Positions 36,628 through 38,059 of a stretch of 38,059 nt of DNA are shown piece by piece. The position numbers and the translations under genes were made by a program. Source of the stretch: Chiloscyllium plagiosum (taxonomy: Eukaryota); NCBI RefSeq assembly GCF_004010195.1, contig NC_057719.1, positions 45,940,782 to 45,978,840 of the forward strand, read 5' to 3'. The notes beneath the pieces were generated by a model that searched no databases, was not told the DNA's origin, and saw only the letters and a list, made by a program, of their open reading frames with translations. The stretch's first letter is position 1. Every line of letters starts with the position of its first letter.

Positions 36628-36775
36628 TCAGTCGAAAAATCTGCACTGCATGTACACTTCTTCTGTAGCTTTATATCCAAACTTTTGATAGAAGGCTTCA
36701 TTCTTTGGTAGGCACTCTAGTGTAATTTTATAACAGTTGAGTTTCTTGCTGAGAAGTGTGAGGGCTGAAACTAAC
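36628..36775 (-). CDS. GNPNAT1: Glucosamine-6-phosphate N-acetyltransferase, last coding exon
   Basis: Minus strand cctattaacag|G TTA GTT...[54 protein letters not shown], with the GNA1 motif [14 protein letters not shown]; convergent with STYX. Confidence 0.95.
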
Positions 36776-37452
36776 CTGTTAATAGGACAAAATATAGCTA
36801 CAGGTTAGTAATAGTTCATTTATTTGCAAGCATGTATGAAAAGTTTTTTTTAAAAACAATAGGCCCTTTTAGGCAATATTTCAGGTAGAACTGCATGGAA
36901 CATGTTACAGCAATATTACAGAAAATTCAAAATGCAATGCAATTATAGAACTAATCAACAGACGTTTTGAGAGACAGCAGGGTGAAATGTTTTTGTTAAA
37001 AATCATATTGTGAAGTGGTGAAGATTGTTAAGAAGAGTTTTTTTAAGCAAAGTCATAATCAAGATCATGAGAAGCCAATGCTAGACCACCAAACCAATCC
37101 AGGATTGACCATGAACTGTTCATGCACGAATAAACCAACAATCAAGGATCGTTTCTGGATATACGAGGGTAGTGACTTAGTAAGGGTTAACAAAGCCTGT
37201 GTTTTAGTGGTTCCATGTACAAAAAAGGTTAAAGACAGAAGAACGTGTATAGGCTAGGCACCCTGCCTTTTTAAGTATCATTTCTTTTGTATCTGTTATG
37301 ATAAACCGAAGAAAACATTTATAGCTGTAAATGAGTTTTGTAACTAATCAGGACAAGCAACCTTAGTTTGGCTTTCTTAAAACCCAGTCTGTAATTTTAA
37401 TTAATTAGAATTCAAAAACCTCAATCAAGGTGCACCTAAGAATATTACAGCT

Positions 37453-38059
37453 ATGGAAACTAAGGCGAGGAACAGTGGGACATCCCCTCGGCATTGGCGT
37501 ATGGACCCCTTCTTAATGAAAGATAGTAAATTTGTATAGTACTTCTCTCAAGAATTTAAAACTTTTTTAGAAATTAATTCAGGTACAGCTAGCAACCCGT
37601 CAATGATGTGGGAGACCATCAAAGCTTACACGCGAGGCTTGACCATCTCCTACTCAGCGACCCAGAAGAAATTAAAGGGAGAACAACAGCGTCTGCTTGA
37701 AGCCCGCTTAAAAGCGGCTGAAACAGCATACACTGATAGACCCTCTATTATTAAATTGAAAAGGATTACAGCTCTTAGGACAGCTCTAAATACTACACTT
37801 ACTCAAACGGCTAAGAGGGAAATATTATTTGCAAAGCAAAGGTTATAACCTTTGGCGACAAACCGGGTAGATACTTAGCATTTCTTGCAAAGAAAAAAAA
37901 GGCACCTCAGACTATTACGTCTATCATGGAAAGTACGGGTATTTTGACTCATGATCATAAAAAGATTAATGCGACCTTTAGAAAATTCTATTCTGAGTTA
38001 TATAAATCACAGGATTGTGAAGATAGGACGAAGAGGATGCAGTCATTTTTTAAAAAATT
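37453..38059 (+). mobile_element. L1-clade LINE ORF2 fragment (post-endonuclease linker), runs off the window, antisense in a GNPNAT1 intron
   Basis: WRMDPFLMKD, MWETIKAYTRG, GDKPGRYLA, FRKFYSELY; TAG at 37537-37539 and a frameshift near 37848. Confidence 0.87.

Noticed and set aside
36776..37452. Next GNPNAT1 exon or a real gene in ORF 37015-37257
   Set aside because: No GNA1-like translation or recognisable domain; treated as intron

Overview
Eukaryotic, AT-rich, repeat-dense vertebrate DNA, very probably from a cartilaginous fish (shark). This is inferred from an HE1-type V-SINE, SacSINE1-like SINEs and HER1/CR1 LINEs. The real genes are spliced and absent from the ORF track. On the + strand I reconstructed eight GT-AG coding exons (10920-33003; 516 nt, 171 aa plus stop) of the pseudophosphatase STYX, with HGNAGISRS in place of the catalytic HCxxGxxRS. 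Its 5' exons were not found and probably lie upstream of the window. On the - strand, the last coding exon of GNPNAT1 (36628-36775) converges on STYX, the same tail-to-tail arrangement I recall from human. Most of the rest is decayed retroelements (CR1, L2-like, L1, Penelope-like, SINEs), often nested, plus one 353-N gap. The most interesting signal is a set of short Penelope-type insertions with 12-16 bp target-site duplications, long inverted arms and minimal hammerhead ribozyme motifs. Three cores look intact, and two of those are in the sense orientation of the STYX pre-mRNA. Hammerheads in Penelope-like elements are known as a class, so any novelty is at the level of these families or loci. 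No new system is proven, and family names come from motif recognition rather than database searches.
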